Source: a virus
Direction: 5' to 3' (one strand)
Length of the DNA stretch: 64,000 bases
Virus record (IMG/VR): IMGVR_UViG_3300024518_004461
Location: 47,009-111,008 of that record
The notes under the pieces were generated by a model that did no database searches, had not been told where the DNA came from, and saw nothing but the letters and a program-made list of their open reading frames with translations. How positions within the stretch are numbered: the stretch's first letter is position 1; each line of letters opens with the position of its first letter. Of this stretch, positions 10,461 to 20,466 are shown piece after piece. Made by a program: the position numbers and the translations under genes.

Positions 10461-11239
10461 GGAGTATATCCGAGGCTCTTTACCACCGAATCAAACATTC
10501 TCTCAAAGGCGTGAGATCTCAATCCGTCATTGTTCGCCCCTACTTCAAAATCATGTATAGTAATGTCCTGTTCCATTAAGAAATCCCAAACATCCCCTTT
10601 CATCCAAAACATAGTACCTGCTAAAAAATATTTGTTATGTGGATAACATACCACGTCGGGGAGATTCATTTTTTTTTTAAAGAATAGGTAATTTCTCATA
10701 TTCTTGTTTTCATTAAAATCATGCCGACCATAAAACGTCTTGCATGATATCATCCCCACTGAAGGATATGTTTGGAAGGTCTTCAATATATTGGTGACTT
10801 TTCTTTTTGAGCCAAGTAAACTTGAAAAAAGCTTCATTCTCCACTCTGTTTTTGTAAGATTACGAGAACGTATGGTTCGTCCACGAACACTAACTATACT
10901 TGTCTTAAAAGAGGATAACTCCTCTGAGTCAGCCTTAGTGTGAATTTTACAAATTAAATCATAAGATAACTTCTTTTCCCGTGCGACTGCTGTCGAAGCA
11001 AAAAACCCTCCTAAATCTTGACCCCGATTATTGGACGTTGTAAAATAACACTCTCCTGGTATTGCTTTTTTGAGATCTTTTTTTATCTTATCGATCATTT
11101 TTTTTTGTGAATGAGAGATATGACTGAAATTTAAAAACAGATCAAAATTTCCAGGCACATTTTGAACATAATCAAAAATCTCCCCCAACACGTTCAAGTG
11201 ATGGGCATGTATAATTATTGCAATTTTAGGACTTCGCAT
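10442..11239 (-). CDS. RgpF-like rhamnan synthesis protein
   Basis: NRGQDLGGF, KIHTK, AGTMFW and HAFER motifs. The probable start is MRSPKIAI. Confidence 0.75.
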   Translation of the reverse strand: MRSPKIAIIIHAHHLNVLGEIFDYVQNVPGNFDLFLNFSHISHSQKKMIDKIKKDLKKAIPGECYFTTSNNRGQDLGGFFASTAVAREKKLSYDLICKIHTKADSEELSSFKTSIVSVRGRTIRSRNLTKTEWRMKLFSSLLGSKRKVTNILKTFQTYPSVGMISCKTFYGRHDFNENKNMRNYLFFKKKMNLPDVVCYPHNKYFLAGTMFWMKGDVWDFLMEQDITIHDFEVGANNDGLRSHAFERMFDSVVKSLGYTPWMIEP

Positions 11240-11636
11240 CCTGAAGAAATTGTACCACCTTTTGATGAATTTTTGAATCAACATTTTCTTTCCACGAGTT
11301 ATCCTCGTTATTTATTTGATTACGGATTTGCGTGGCTGAAATAAAACCAATATCTTTAGGTGGTACGTGCTCAACAATTCCATATCCAACTCCACGGCCA
11401 TAATTAACAGATTCAATATCTGGTATTGATAATACCACAACATCATCATCAACATACGCAGTCTCTAACATGTCGATAGTTTGCTCAGTTGTGAATGGAT
11501 TTTTTTCATCAGGAGGAATATCTCTTACACAAATAAGAACTGGCACTCCTTGATTTAGTTTTTGACCAATAAGCCATTTGTGACCATTGTGTAAAGGTTG
11601 CCATCGACCTACAAACATCGCTCTTTTATTATTCAT
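11226..11636 (-). CDS. Cytidylyltransferase-like (HxGH) nucleotidyltransferase
   Basis: GRWQPLHNGH and ISATQIR motifs. Confidence 0.85.
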   Translation of the reverse strand: MNNKRAMFVGRWQPLHNGHKWLIGQKLNQGVPVLICVRDIPPDEKNPFTTEQTIDMLETAYVDDDVVVLSIPDIESVNYGRGVGYGIVEHVPPKDIGFISATQIRNQINNEDNSWKENVDSKIHQKVVQFLQDAKS

Positions 11637-12001
11637 TTGTTTTCTCCTTGTTCAATGAATTCAATTGTTTTGTGCCATGCGTTCGGATCTGTTTTGTCAA
11701 ATCTAATAGCATGATCATCAATATAATATTTGGCCGGGTGTTTTATATTTGTAACATCATCAAAGAAATGAGATAAATTATATTTCTCTAGCCAATTCCT
11801 AATAGGTTCAACTGGTCGGCTTGATACAATAATTAAGCGATAGCCATAACCCTTAAGTTTTTGTAAAGATGGAATAGCTCCTGGCATTGGCGGATCATAG
11901 GCATTATCTAATCCCTGGAAACCTTTGGAGTATCGATGAATAACTCCGTCAAAATCAATAGCAATTGTGGCTTCTTTAAATTCTGTTTTAATTTCTTTCA
12001 T
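11633..12001 (-). CDS. HAD-superfamily phosphatase
   Basis: DFDGVI, SSR, K and YIDD motifs. Confidence 0.8.
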   Translation of the reverse strand: MKEIKTEFKEATIAIDFDGVIHRYSKGFQGLDNAYDPPMPGAIPSLQKLKGYGYRLIIVSSRPVEPIRNWLEKYNLSHFFDDVTNIKHPAKYYIDDHAIRFDKTDPNAWHKTIEFIEQGENK

Positions 12002-12711
12002 TATGTATTAGACGTAATAAAGGCTTCTAATTTTACAGCACTTTTTTCAAGGTCATCAGTAGAAGTGTCAACAACTAATGCCGCATCGGTTGGTTCTTCG
12101 AATGGATCTGAGATGCCTGTAAAGTTTTTGATTTCACCCGACAAAGCTTTGGCATACAATCCTTTAACATCACGATCAATACATTTTTCTACGGGACACT
12201 TTATAAAAACTGTTTTAGCAGCACAAGTGTCTTCAAGTTCTTTTCTTACACTATCATAAGGATTGATAGCTGACATAATTGTGATGACATTGTTCCGAGA
12301 AAGAACTTTCCCAACAAACCCTAATCGTCGAATATTAGTATTGCGATCTTCTTTTGAGAAGCCTAGGTCATTACACAATCCTTCTCGATATTCATCACCA
12401 TCAATAATTTCAACCTTATAGCCCTTTGCAGCTAGTCTTTTTTCCACCGCACGAGCCAGTGTTGTTTTACCGGCACCTGAAAGTCCAGTCATTTGTATAA
12501 ACATACCTTTTGTTTTACCCCACTTAATAAAATTCCATAATCGCTCATGTATAAAGAACACAAGCACTTGAACACTATGATAACATAAAGTGATTAAAGT
12601 TGTAAATTTTATATTTCCTGTAGCGAGATATGTAACAGTTGTTAACAGGACTATAGCAAATGTACGCCAAGTAATCGCCTTCCATAAGCTTCGTTGTTTG
12701 GAATCAATCAT
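12001..12711 (-). CDS. cysC: Adenylyl-sulfate kinase with N-terminal DUF2061 membrane domain
   Basis: TGLSGAGKTT, DGDEYR, DLGFSKEDR, RDVKGLY and FTGISDPFEEP motifs. N-terminal RSLWKAITWR..HERLW. Confidence 0.92.
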   Translation of the reverse strand: MIDSKQRSLWKAITWRTFAIVLLTTVTYLATGNIKFTTLITLCYHSVQVLVFFIHERLWNFIKWGKTKGMFIQMTGLSGAGKTTLARAVEKRLAAKGYKVEIIDGDEYREGLCNDLGFSKEDRNTNIRRLGFVGKVLSRNNVITIMSAINPYDSVRKELEDTCAAKTVFIKCPVEKCIDRDVKGLYAKALSGEIKNFTGISDPFEEPTDAALVVDTSTDDLEKSAVKLEAFITSNT

Positions 12712-12717
12712 TCTTTT

Positions 12718-13512
12718 CTAATCCGAATCACCCATCTGATCTTGAATCTTTATCAGGTATTTATAAACTTTAGGATAATTTCTTATATCTTCACAATCTT
12801 CCGTGTTCCACACCCAGTCGTTTTGGGTAAAAATTTTATAATGTATTCCAAGCCCCTTCGGTAGTCCCTGATCCCATGCTTTTTGCCGCCGTTCAAAAAC
12901 CGCAACTCGATTTTCTTTTCCCTTAGAAGGCCCATAATTAAACTTAGCGCCGTTAACCTTAAATGATTTTTCTCTGCTCCTTCTTATTCTTTCAGGGCGG
13001 AAATTCATATCACGGCAATATTTCGAAATCATAATTTGAGTTTTTGTGGTGCCTCCTCTAAGATAAAAGTAACTATTAAAAGGATCGAAGGGATCGGATA
13101 GCTCAAAAGAAGATTCACCAGTATTATAAAAGGTGATGAGTGGGCACGAAATACAATTATATCCGTTTCTGTCAGCTTGTTTTATGGTTTCCCCAATGCC
13201 TTCGTCAAAAGATATAAAATCGTCCGCATCGATGTATATTGCCCAATCTGGCTTTATTTTATGCAGAGTTTTCGTCATTTCTTTCACATTTTTACTAAGA
13301 TGAAACGCGCCATCGGTATCAAACCTGTGAGAAGGAATATTGTTATCTTGAAGCCACTCCCAACTACCATCATCGGAAAAATTATCAATAATATAGGGTT
13401 CAATCCCATTTAATTTACACCATTTTATTTTCAGTGGTAAAAATCTTATTTCATTCCATATACACATAATCGCACTAACTTTCATTTTTGTCTCTCCTAG
13501 AAATATTGCCAA
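12718..13512 (-). CDS. Glycosyltransferase family 2-like
   Basis: NE..LP, IDNFSDDGS and YIDADDF motifs. Confidence 0.8.
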   Translation of the reverse strand: MAIFLGETKMKVSAIMCIWNEIRFLPLKIKWCKLNGIEPYIIDNFSDDGSWEWLQDNNIPSHRFDTDGAFHLSKNVKEMTKTLHKIKPDWAIYIDADDFISFDEGIGETIKQADRNGYNCISCPLITFYNTGESSFELSDPFDPFNSYFYLRGGTTKTQIMISKYCRDMNFRPERIRRSREKSFKVNGAKFNYGPSKGKENRVAVFERRQKAWDQGLPKGLGIHYKIFTQNDWVWNTEDCEDIRNYPKVYKYLIKIQDQMGDSD

Positions 13513-13541
13513 TCATTATAGCACACTCTTCCGCAAAAACT

Positions 13542-13593
13542 AAAAGCATTATATACTCAATCCCTTAAAAAGCATTATATACTCAATCCCTTA
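13542..13593. repeat. Tandem 26-bp duplication
   Basis: aaaagcattatatactcaatccctta occurs twice in tandem. Confidence 0.9.
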
Positions 13594-14525
13594 AGATGTG
13601 ATATAACTAAACAATGTTCACCGCCTCCACAATATAACATATACACATTACCACTTTCAGTATAAATACAGGGATCGCGAAGTTCATGGACTTTTTTGAG
13701 TATGCCCCCCCGAATTGATTGTCGTCTTGGCTCAAAGCCTCCTTCATAATCCATTTCAGGATAAACCAAAGAAAATGTTTCGACTATCTTCCACTCTTTC
13801 CCTTCAGAATTAAGCACAACCTTGCTACAAATAATGTGTTCAGGATTATCTCCCGCATTTGTGTAAAAAACATATAATAAATCATCAACCACCAACACAT
13901 CACAATGTCTAAACCGATTGTTAAATAATTTAACCACAAACTCATATACGTCAGACGTGGGATTATATTTTGCCACAATTCCAGGCATTGTAATAATATA
14001 GTCTTCATCTTTCCATGCGAAGGTCCGCACATACCACGGTGCCACGATTTTGCCGCTTGATATAAAATTTATCCCATCCGTAGACGTTGCCATAAAACTT
14101 TTTTGGTCTTGCATTCCCTTCGGGAGAGCCTTGTTTATCCATTCCGGTTCAGGAATATTTATTCGAGACTTTTGAGGAAATCCATGATAATACATGCGTA
14201 ACTGCTTATTTTTTTCATCCACATAAATATGTGGAGATGCTATATGATGATGACAAAATGAATTTTTCAAATACAAAGTGCCACGATTATAAATTCTCCA
14301 AGGGCCATGTAATGAATCGGAATAGGCTAATCTAATAAATTTTCCGTAATGATCAGCAAAATAAATATAATATTTTCCTAATGGGTTGGAGATCCAAGAA
14401 GGAACCTTGATCAAAGAAGGATGAGTGATGCTTCCAGACAAGCCCGCTTCTTTCAAATCTTGTTGAGAAATAATAGGATTGGAATCAAACCTATGAACAC
14501 TAAAATCATTGACATTTCTTATCAT
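13575..14525 (-). CDS. Beta-propeller glycosidase-like protein (GH43/GH130-like)
   Basis: NPII, HPS, YFADH, SDSLHGPW, STDGINF and LRDP motifs. Start uncertain (the frame is open to 14612). Confidence 0.65.
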   Translation of the reverse strand: MIRNVNDFSVHRFDSNPIISQQDLKEAGLSGSITHPSLIKVPSWISNPLGKYYIYFADHYGKFIRLAYSDSLHGPWRIYNRGTLYLKNSFCHHHIASPHIYVDEKNKQLRMYYHGFPQKSRINIPEPEWINKALPKGMQDQKSFMATSTDGINFISSGKIVAPWYVRTFAWKDEDYIITMPGIVAKYNPTSDVYEFVVKLFNNRFRHCDVLVVDDLLYVFYTNAGDNPEHIICSKVVLNSEGKEWKIVETFSLVYPEMDYEGGFEPRRQSIRGGILKKVHELRDPCIYTESGNVYMLYCGGGEHCLVISHLKGLSI

Positions 14526-14550
14526 CGAATTGGCTCCAACGTCGTTGCTG

Positions 14551-15240
14551 TTAAATAATATATCCCATTTTCTCAACAATCTTACTTTTTTTAATTTCAT
14601 TAAGTTGTTCATCGGTAAGTTCTATTTTAGAAGGATCATTCATATTTTTAAATGGATGGCTAATTTGCCATGTGCGTAAAGAATCATGTTGAATACTGGG
14701 AGGCGCAGGTAATGAACTTGTTTGTTGCCCCGAAGTGAACATATCGTAAGAATATTTAATCCCCAAATCATTAAAAATCTGAATCAATTTTTCATAATTA
14801 TTATCAAACATATCTTCATATCTAATGTGATAAAAATCTGGTATTTTATTATTCTTACTTTCTACAAACCAGTTCGCAACTTGCTCGTATATAGAAAATT
14901 GGTGATAACGTGGAATATTTCTTCTTCCAAATCTGCGATTTATGGAAGAATATACATATAGGGGGTTTCTCATTATAAACACTGTTTTATATTGATTACC
15001 AAAATCCGGTAAAAAAGAACCTGTCTGATACGTCGCAGCAGTATGTTGAGTTCCTTTGATGAGTGTATAGTTTTTGCCCTCATTGTGGGCTCGTGTGATT
15101 AATTTCTCATCAGGAGTCATGTGTTCAGAAAGACCGGGTGATGCAACTACTGAAGGGCTCTTTGCCATTATTTTTTTTAGAATACTGGTGCCACTGTGGG
15201 AAAAGCCGAATATAAGAATATTTTCCACCTCTTTCTTCAT
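14551..15240 (-). CDS. Sulfotransferase family protein
   Basis: 5'-PSB-like GFSHSGTS, 3'-PB RNP..VYSS and IRYED motifs. Confidence 0.8.
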   Translation of the reverse strand: MKKEVENILIFGFSHSGTSILKKIMAKSPSVVASPGLSEHMTPDEKLITRAHNEGKNYTLIKGTQHTAATYQTGSFLPDFGNQYKTVFIMRNPLYVYSSINRRFGRRNIPRYHQFSIYEQVANWFVESKNNKIPDFYHIRYEDMFDNNYEKLIQIFNDLGIKYSYDMFTSGQQTSSLPAPPSIQHDSLRTWQISHPFKNMNDPSKIELTDEQLNEIKKSKIVEKMGYII

Positions 15241-16004
15241 TCTGCTTTCCTCAAAACAACATTAAAATCAAATTTATTTTTCATGGTATTGTAAACATTA
15301 ATTAGTTCAAATTTAGCATACCCTAAGTGAAAAAGATTAGAATATAATTTTTCGAAATGGTTGGGGTGAAACTGCCACTTATGCACATCCAAATCTTTAC
15401 TCTGATACACTTTGATCGCTTTTTTTACGCTCTCTAAATTGTTTTCATAGATCGGTCGCCCATGTTTTCCACTCCAATGATTTTGTGCGTTATTGTGTGT
15501 GACCATTGATCGATGTTCGATGACTGACTTTAAACTATGTTTCTGGATGGGGTTGTAATAAGCTTCTAAAACATCAGCGATAGTTGATTCTGACAGAAAG
15601 TGATCAAAGCAATATCTTTTATCCGGTATGGTAAGGAGATAATGCCCACCAAAGTTTAAAATATTATATATATCTTCAAGGTGACGAATGAGACAGAGTT
15701 GATGTTCTATACAATGACCGCTATACACGATATCAAATTTTTCTATAATTTCAGGGAGTCTTGCTTCGTGGCACACATAATCTACAAAAGGTTTTTCTGG
15801 TAATGTCTCTCCGGGGAATTTATTTTGAAAGCGTTTCTTTAGGGTTTCTTGATCGCAAATATCAGCATATTTAACATTTTTGCCTCTGATTCTCGGAAAT
15901 ATACTTGGACCTATTTCTAAAACCCTAGAGCTTGATTTAACGTAATGATTTTTAAACTTTTCAAAATCTTGATAAAGATGTTCTTGTTTAATAAAAACAC
16001 TCAT
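15237..16004 (-). CDS. SAM-dependent methyltransferase
   Basis: VLEIGP, FDIVYSGHCIEH and PDKRYCFDH motifs. Confidence 0.8.
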   Translation of the reverse strand: MSVFIKQEHLYQDFEKFKNHYVKSSSRVLEIGPSIFPRIRGKNVKYADICDQETLKKRFQNKFPGETLPEKPFVDYVCHEARLPEIIEKFDIVYSGHCIEHQLCLIRHLEDIYNILNFGGHYLLTIPDKRYCFDHFLSESTIADVLEAYYNPIQKHSLKSVIEHRSMVTHNNAQNHWSGKHGRPIYENNLESVKKAIKVYQSKDLDVHKWQFHPNHFEKLYSNLFHLGYAKFELINVYNTMKNKFDFNVVLRKAE

Positions 16005-16702
16005 TTTTTATCTCCCAAACTTGTGTCTCGGGGTATAAAAGAGCCAACATCATTTCTATTTATTTTTTTAACACTTTCGTTCCTGTCGGTGGCTATATTA
16101 TAAATACTTCGCCGTTCATTTCCCACATGCACCACACCTCTTTTATCACTCAATATCTCTCTTAAGACTTTCGGCGCAATAATATCCACATAATCTTTTG
16201 AACTCCATTGATCCACAAACGCAGCTTCATAAGGAAACTCATAGCCAAAAAAGCTTGTCCTAATGACTAAACTATTTTCATAAGTTCTTACCAGCAATTC
16301 GGCGGCGGCTTTTGTCTTTGCATATTTTGACAATGGATTAATGGGATCATTGATCGTATAGTTTCCTTTCTCTCCGTCGAACACATAATCAGTTGATATA
16401 AAGACAAGCTTTTTTCCTAAATCTTTACAACTTTTCAAGACATTTATGGTCCCAAATACATTCACATCCCAAGCAAGTGAAGGATCGTTTTCTGTGTTTT
16501 TTACATCGGTTATTGCAGCGGAATGAACCACGGTATCACAACCTGAATCCTTGATGTGATTGTGGATTTGATAAGGATTGGTTATGTCACAATATTTAGA
16601 GGCTGGTGCTATAAAATCTACATCATGGGCTTTGGAGATTTTTATTAGCTCGCTGCCCAGTGTTCCCGAACCTCCTGTAAGGAATATTTTTTTTAAAACC
16701 AC
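16001..16702 (-). CDS. rmlD: dTDP-4-dehydrorhamnose reductase
   Basis: TGGSGTLG, ISTDYVFDG and YAKTK motifs. Confidence 0.88.
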   Translation of the reverse strand: MVLKKIFLTGGSGTLGSELIKISKAHDVDFIAPASKYCDITNPYQIHNHIKDSGCDTVVHSAAITDVKNTENDPSLAWDVNVFGTINVLKSCKDLGKKLVFISTDYVFDGEKGNYTINDPINPLSKYAKTKAAAELLVRTYENSLVIRTSFFGYEFPYEAAFVDQWSSKDYVDIIAPKVLREILSDKRGVVHVGNERRSIYNIATDRNESVKKINRNDVGSFIPRDTSLGDKK

Positions 16703-17583
16703 TTATATATCCCTTTAGAATGCTTTGGTTCCCACCCAATCTTTCTTATTTTTTTAGAACTCACAGAATAGCGCAAATCTTGACCCCAACGATTATCCAC
16801 AAACTTAACCGACCGTCGATCTTTCTCTTTCCATTTTAGCATTGTATCCACAACTTCAAGATTGGTCATAGGATTTTCGGCTGCAATATTATATGTTTCG
16901 TTTTTGATGCCACTCTCAATAATATGAAATATTGCTTCCACATTATCTCTAACATATGTCCAGTCGCGAACATAAGAGCCGTCACCGTGAACTGGAATTT
17001 GCTTTCCACTTTGTAGAGAATTGAGGCACTTGGGAATTAATTTTTCTTCGTATTGGCGAGGCCCATAGTTATTCGCGCTCCTCGTTATGATATATTCCAA
17101 ACCGAAAGTTCTATAATATGATAAGACTAACATTTCTGCTGCGGCTTTGGTCGCTGAATATGGGTTTGATGGAGTTAGTTTATCTTCTTCAGTAAAAGAA
17201 CCTTCCAAGCGATCACCGTATACTTCATCTGTGCTGATCTGGAAAAATAATGGTCGATCATATTCTGGCTTTCCGCGAACAAGTTCTAAAAGATTATGGA
17301 CTCCTAAAATATTACTTTTAACAAAAGGGCTTGTATCGCGGATTGAGTTATCAACATGGCTTTCAGCCGCAAAATTAATAATTACGTCGCAGGAAGGAAG
17401 ATGTTTTAGTTCGGATATATCTTCTTGAATTAGGGTGTAGTTTTTGTCTGAATCCCAAGGTAAAATTTTGTGCGAAGCATAGCCCATTTTATCAATATCA
17501 ATAATGGCGATATTTCGTTCTAACGCGGCTTCAACAAAATGCGAGCCAATAAAGCCCCGTCCGCCTGTTACAATAAATTTCAT
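16693..17583 (-). CDS. rmlB: dTDP-glucose 4,6-dehydratase
   Basis: TGGRGFIGS, AAESHVDNSI, STDEVYG, PYSATK and NNYGPRQ motifs. Confidence 0.93.
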   Translation of the reverse strand: MKFIVTGGRGFIGSHFVEAALERNIAIIDIDKMGYASHKILPWDSDKNYTLIQEDISELKHLPSCDVIINFAAESHVDNSIRDTSPFVKSNILGVHNLLELVRGKPEYDRPLFFQISTDEVYGDRLEGSFTEEDKLTPSNPYSATKAAAEMLVLSYYRTFGLEYIITRSANNYGPRQYEEKLIPKCLNSLQSGKQIPVHGDGSYVRDWTYVRDNVEAIFHIIESGIKNETYNIAAENPMTNLEVVDTMLKWKEKDRRSVKFVDNRWGQDLRYSVSSKKIRKIGWEPKHSKGIYKWF

Positions 17584-18116
17584 TCTTCCTCATAAAAGAA
17601 CTTAGGGTCGCTTGAATATTTTCTAAATGACTGTGCGCCTAAGTCTTTCTCACTCAGTATAACATTTCTCTCGTCAGTTTTTAATTTAATTCTAAGGTCG
17701 GGATCTTTTATGCTGATTGCTGATTCACCATCTTTGCTGTAATAAGAAGAACACTTATACATTACGTGTGAATCTTCAAGTGCCTCAAAACCGTGAGCAT
17801 AGCCAGGAGGAACCCATAGGACGTTTTTATTTTCCTCTGATAATTCAAACTTCCAGCACTCACTATAAGAGGGCGAGTTGTATCGAATGTCCACAATATA
17901 ATCTATTATCTTTCCTGATATTGTTTGCACAAGTTTTCCCATTGGTTTGTCCCACTGGTAATGTAAGCCACGCACAACACCTTGGCGCGAATAGGAAATA
18001 TTGTCTTGGAAAAAATCTTCTTCTAGTTCTTCACTGATAGCGCGGGGGAAAGATTCAAAAAAGTATCCCCGATTATCGAGATAAGATTTATTTGTGAATA
18101 GTTTGTGATTTTTCAT
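17580..18116 (-). CDS. rmlC: dTDP-4-dehydrorhamnose 3,5-epimerase
   Basis: DNRGYFFE, QDNISYS, RGLHYQ and VPPGYAHGF motifs. Confidence 0.93.
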   Translation of the reverse strand: MKNHKLFTNKSYLDNRGYFFESFPRAISEELEEDFFQDNISYSRQGVVRGLHYQWDKPMGKLVQTISGKIIDYIVDIRYNSPSYSECWKFELSEENKNVLWVPPGYAHGFEALEDSHVMYKCSSYYSKDGESAISIKDPDLRIKLKTDERNVILSEKDLGAQSFRKYSSDPKFFYEEE

Positions 18117-18655
18117 AAAAGATGACTCTTTCCTTCGACACCATTGTTTCTATACCAGTGATATAAATATAACCCCTTGATCAAATAAAACTTTTGTCCG
18201 GTTTCGTTTAATTTTTGATGAAACCAATTGTCTACCCCTAACATACCTTTCTCAACAAATCCACCGCATTTTTCCCAAGCTGATTTTTTAACAGCCAAAA
18301 ACATACCACTCATCAGTTGTGAATTAGTACCAATTTGGATACAGTCGGAACCATATTTATTTTTCATTTCTAATCCAAAATCGCGGTGATAAGACATATC
18401 ATTTGTTCTCTTATCGATACCAGGAGCAATTTGCCACCTACAATCGACACGGTTTGTATAACAAGTAAATGCCGAGGCATCTTTATAGCGTTCGACAGCC
18501 CCCTCTACCAATAAGCCAAAATCTGAAGTGGTAAACATTGTATCAGAATCAAAAAAGACGCCCCAATCATCATCATGTGGTAATATCTCCATAAATTGAT
18601 TATAATATACACCAATGTTTTTATCTGAATTGAATGGAACACTGTAATAAATCAT
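18113..18655 (-). CDS. Glycosyltransferase (GT-A fold)
   Basis: DSD motif, SGMFLAV, GVDN and YHWYR. The probable start is MIYYSVPF. Confidence 0.7.
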   Translation of the reverse strand: MIYYSVPFNSDKNIGVYYNQFMEILPHDDDWGVFFDSDTMFTTSDFGLLVEGAVERYKDASAFTCYTNRVDCRWQIAPGIDKRTNDMSYHRDFGLEMKNKYGSDCIQIGTNSQLMSGMFLAVKKSAWEKCGGFVEKGMLGVDNWFHQKLNETGQKFYLIKGLYLYHWYRNNGVEGKSHLL

Positions 18656-18665
18656 TGATATTATC

Positions 18666-19334
18666 CTACTTTGAATAAATATGGCCGCATAAACCAAGAT
18701 TAATAAAAGGGTTGAGAGAATGAATGTTGCAGCCATAAATTTCTTTTATTTTTTTACAAACGACAATCGAATGACTCTCCGTCCCGCCTACCCATTTAAG
18801 ATATCCTGCTTCATTAGCCTGGTGGGGTTGTATGTCTTTATAATAACCATCAATTGTAAGTTTACCATCAATAGAACCCCCGTCGTGACCACAAATAATA
18901 ATATTTTTTGCCCCCATATATGCAGCACAATGAAGCGCACTGGTTGTTGTGGAGTGACTAACAATTAATCGATCATGGCTCTTAGAAATTTCATCATCTA
19001 ATTGAGCTTGTGTAGGGGTGTGTGGATTCTCTTTATGTTCAAAAATATAATGTTCCATATCAAGCTTGTTCAAACAACTACGAGGATTTCCACATGAATG
19101 TTTCGACATAATAATCTGGCTCTTATAAGGACTTTTTTTAAGAAGTTCAAGTCCACCAAAATCTTTTGTGACCGTATAGGTACAATCAAAATAGTTTCCC
19201 GTTCTATTGATTGCAATTGTAATTTTATTTTCAAAAAATGAATTATCTATAAAATTCATGCTTGCACCAGAAGCCAACACCCATATGTCACAGCCCGCAT
19301 GTTTATTTTTTAATTCTGTTATACTTTTTTGCAT
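18666..19334 (-). CDS. DUF115/MptE-like (Maf-type) protein, putative nonulosonate transferase
   Basis: LKNKH..ASGAS..TIAIN..AAYMGAKNIIICGHD motifs. Confidence 0.65.
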   Translation of the reverse strand: MQKSITELKNKHAGCDIWVLASGASMNFIDNSFFENKITIAINRTGNYFDCTYTVTKDFGGLELLKKSPYKSQIIMSKHSCGNPRSCLNKLDMEHYIFEHKENPHTPTQAQLDDEISKSHDRLIVSHSTTTSALHCAAYMGAKNIIICGHDGGSIDGKLTIDGYYKDIQPHQANEAGYLKWVGGTESHSIVVCKKIKEIYGCNIHSLNPFINLGLCGHIYSK

Positions 19335-19628
19335 TTAAAAAAAATCCTTCGAATTTACATTCTTATCGTCGATAAACAAATCATAAATTGGCTTACCTAA
19401 TTTGAGTTCATGGTATTGTGCTCCCCATCGGTCCAATTGTTTTTCTGTAATCTCTCTCCAATCAATACCACTTCCGCTACCTCTCGCAGTCCAATAAACA
19501 ATAGTATCACCATTATAGTACAATTCGTTGATTTTTTCAATATTATTTTTTATTGGAACCGCTTTAGAATAATCTCGGTCTTCTGGAGAGTTACAAATTG
19601 TCTCGTCTATATCAACGTAAATAATCAT
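19335..19628 (-). CDS. HAD-superfamily (capsule-biosynthesis-type) phosphatase
   Basis: VDIDETIC, WTARG and GKP.YDLFIDDK motifs. Confidence 0.85.
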   Translation of the reverse strand: MIIYVDIDETICNSPEDRDYSKAVPIKNNIEKINELYYNGDTIVYWTARGSGSGIDWREITEKQLDRWGAQYHELKLGKPIYDLFIDDKNVNSKDFF

Positions 19629-20466
19629 TTATCTCATTTCCAAAGTATTTTTGAGCGAGCTGATAACCACCCGCACCACAATAGTGTAATAGTTCTATAT
19701 TATTTTTCCCAAATTTTTCTATTTCGTAGGACTTCAACAAATAATTAAAGCCTGGTGTAAAGGGGCTCCAATTGTCAGAAATCTTCATTAGAGAAAAAGA
19801 TGCGGCGTATTGGACTCCAAGATGTTTTACGCGATGGGGTAAGTTATTGTTATGAGACATCTGGTAAGAAGGAATAACGTATTTTTTAAATTTTTTACAA
19901 AGGCTTTCTCGGATTAAAAAAGCTCCACCATTAAAATGTGGAAAAAAGTTTGAATGTTCTTCGGACTCAATGTATTTTTCAAACAAACGTCCACAAAATT
20001 TATTTTCTAAATCCAGATTGTATCCAAAATGTTTGTTTATATAATTATACCACGTTGCTTCGAACACAGAACCAGCATACATAGCTTGCCAATCCTGTGA
20101 TAAATCAAAGGTAGGTTCCTTTAAAGCAATCATGTCACAGTCTAATAATAGTTTATGTGTTCCTGTTTTATCAAGATTGTGAGCTAAAGAATTACACCGA
20201 ATCATATATGGTGTTTTTTCATAATCTGATTCTATGGGGAACATTTTTATGTCTAAACATGATAATCTTTCTTCATCTTTGTTATTAAATGGTATGTTTT
20301 TATTGTAAAACAAGTTTATGTTATAATCAAATTTCCAATTTTGTTTAATAGAATTATAAAGGATGAAAAACTGTGAAACTATATCAATGTCTTTTTTCAC
20401 AGTATTGATAATGTTTGTGTCATTATAGTTGGGGGTACATGGAATAATTATGTTTATCATCGTCAC
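19612..20466 (-). CDS. Putative glycosyltransferase (GT8-like)
   Basis: LDCD, FNGG and LHY motifs. Confidence 0.55.
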   Translation of the reverse strand: MTMINIIIPCTPNYNDTNIINTVKKDIDIVSQFFILYNSIKQNWKFDYNINLFYNKNIPFNNKDEERLSCLDIKMFPIESDYEKTPYMIRCNSLAHNLDKTGTHKLLLDCDMIALKEPTFDLSQDWQAMYAGSVFEATWYNYINKHFGYNLDLENKFCGRLFEKYIESEEHSNFFPHFNGGAFLIRESLCKKFKKYVIPSYQMSHNNNLPHRVKHLGVQYAASFSLMKISDNWSPFTPGFNYLLKSYEIEKFGKNNIELLHYCGAGGYQLAQKYFGNEINDYLR

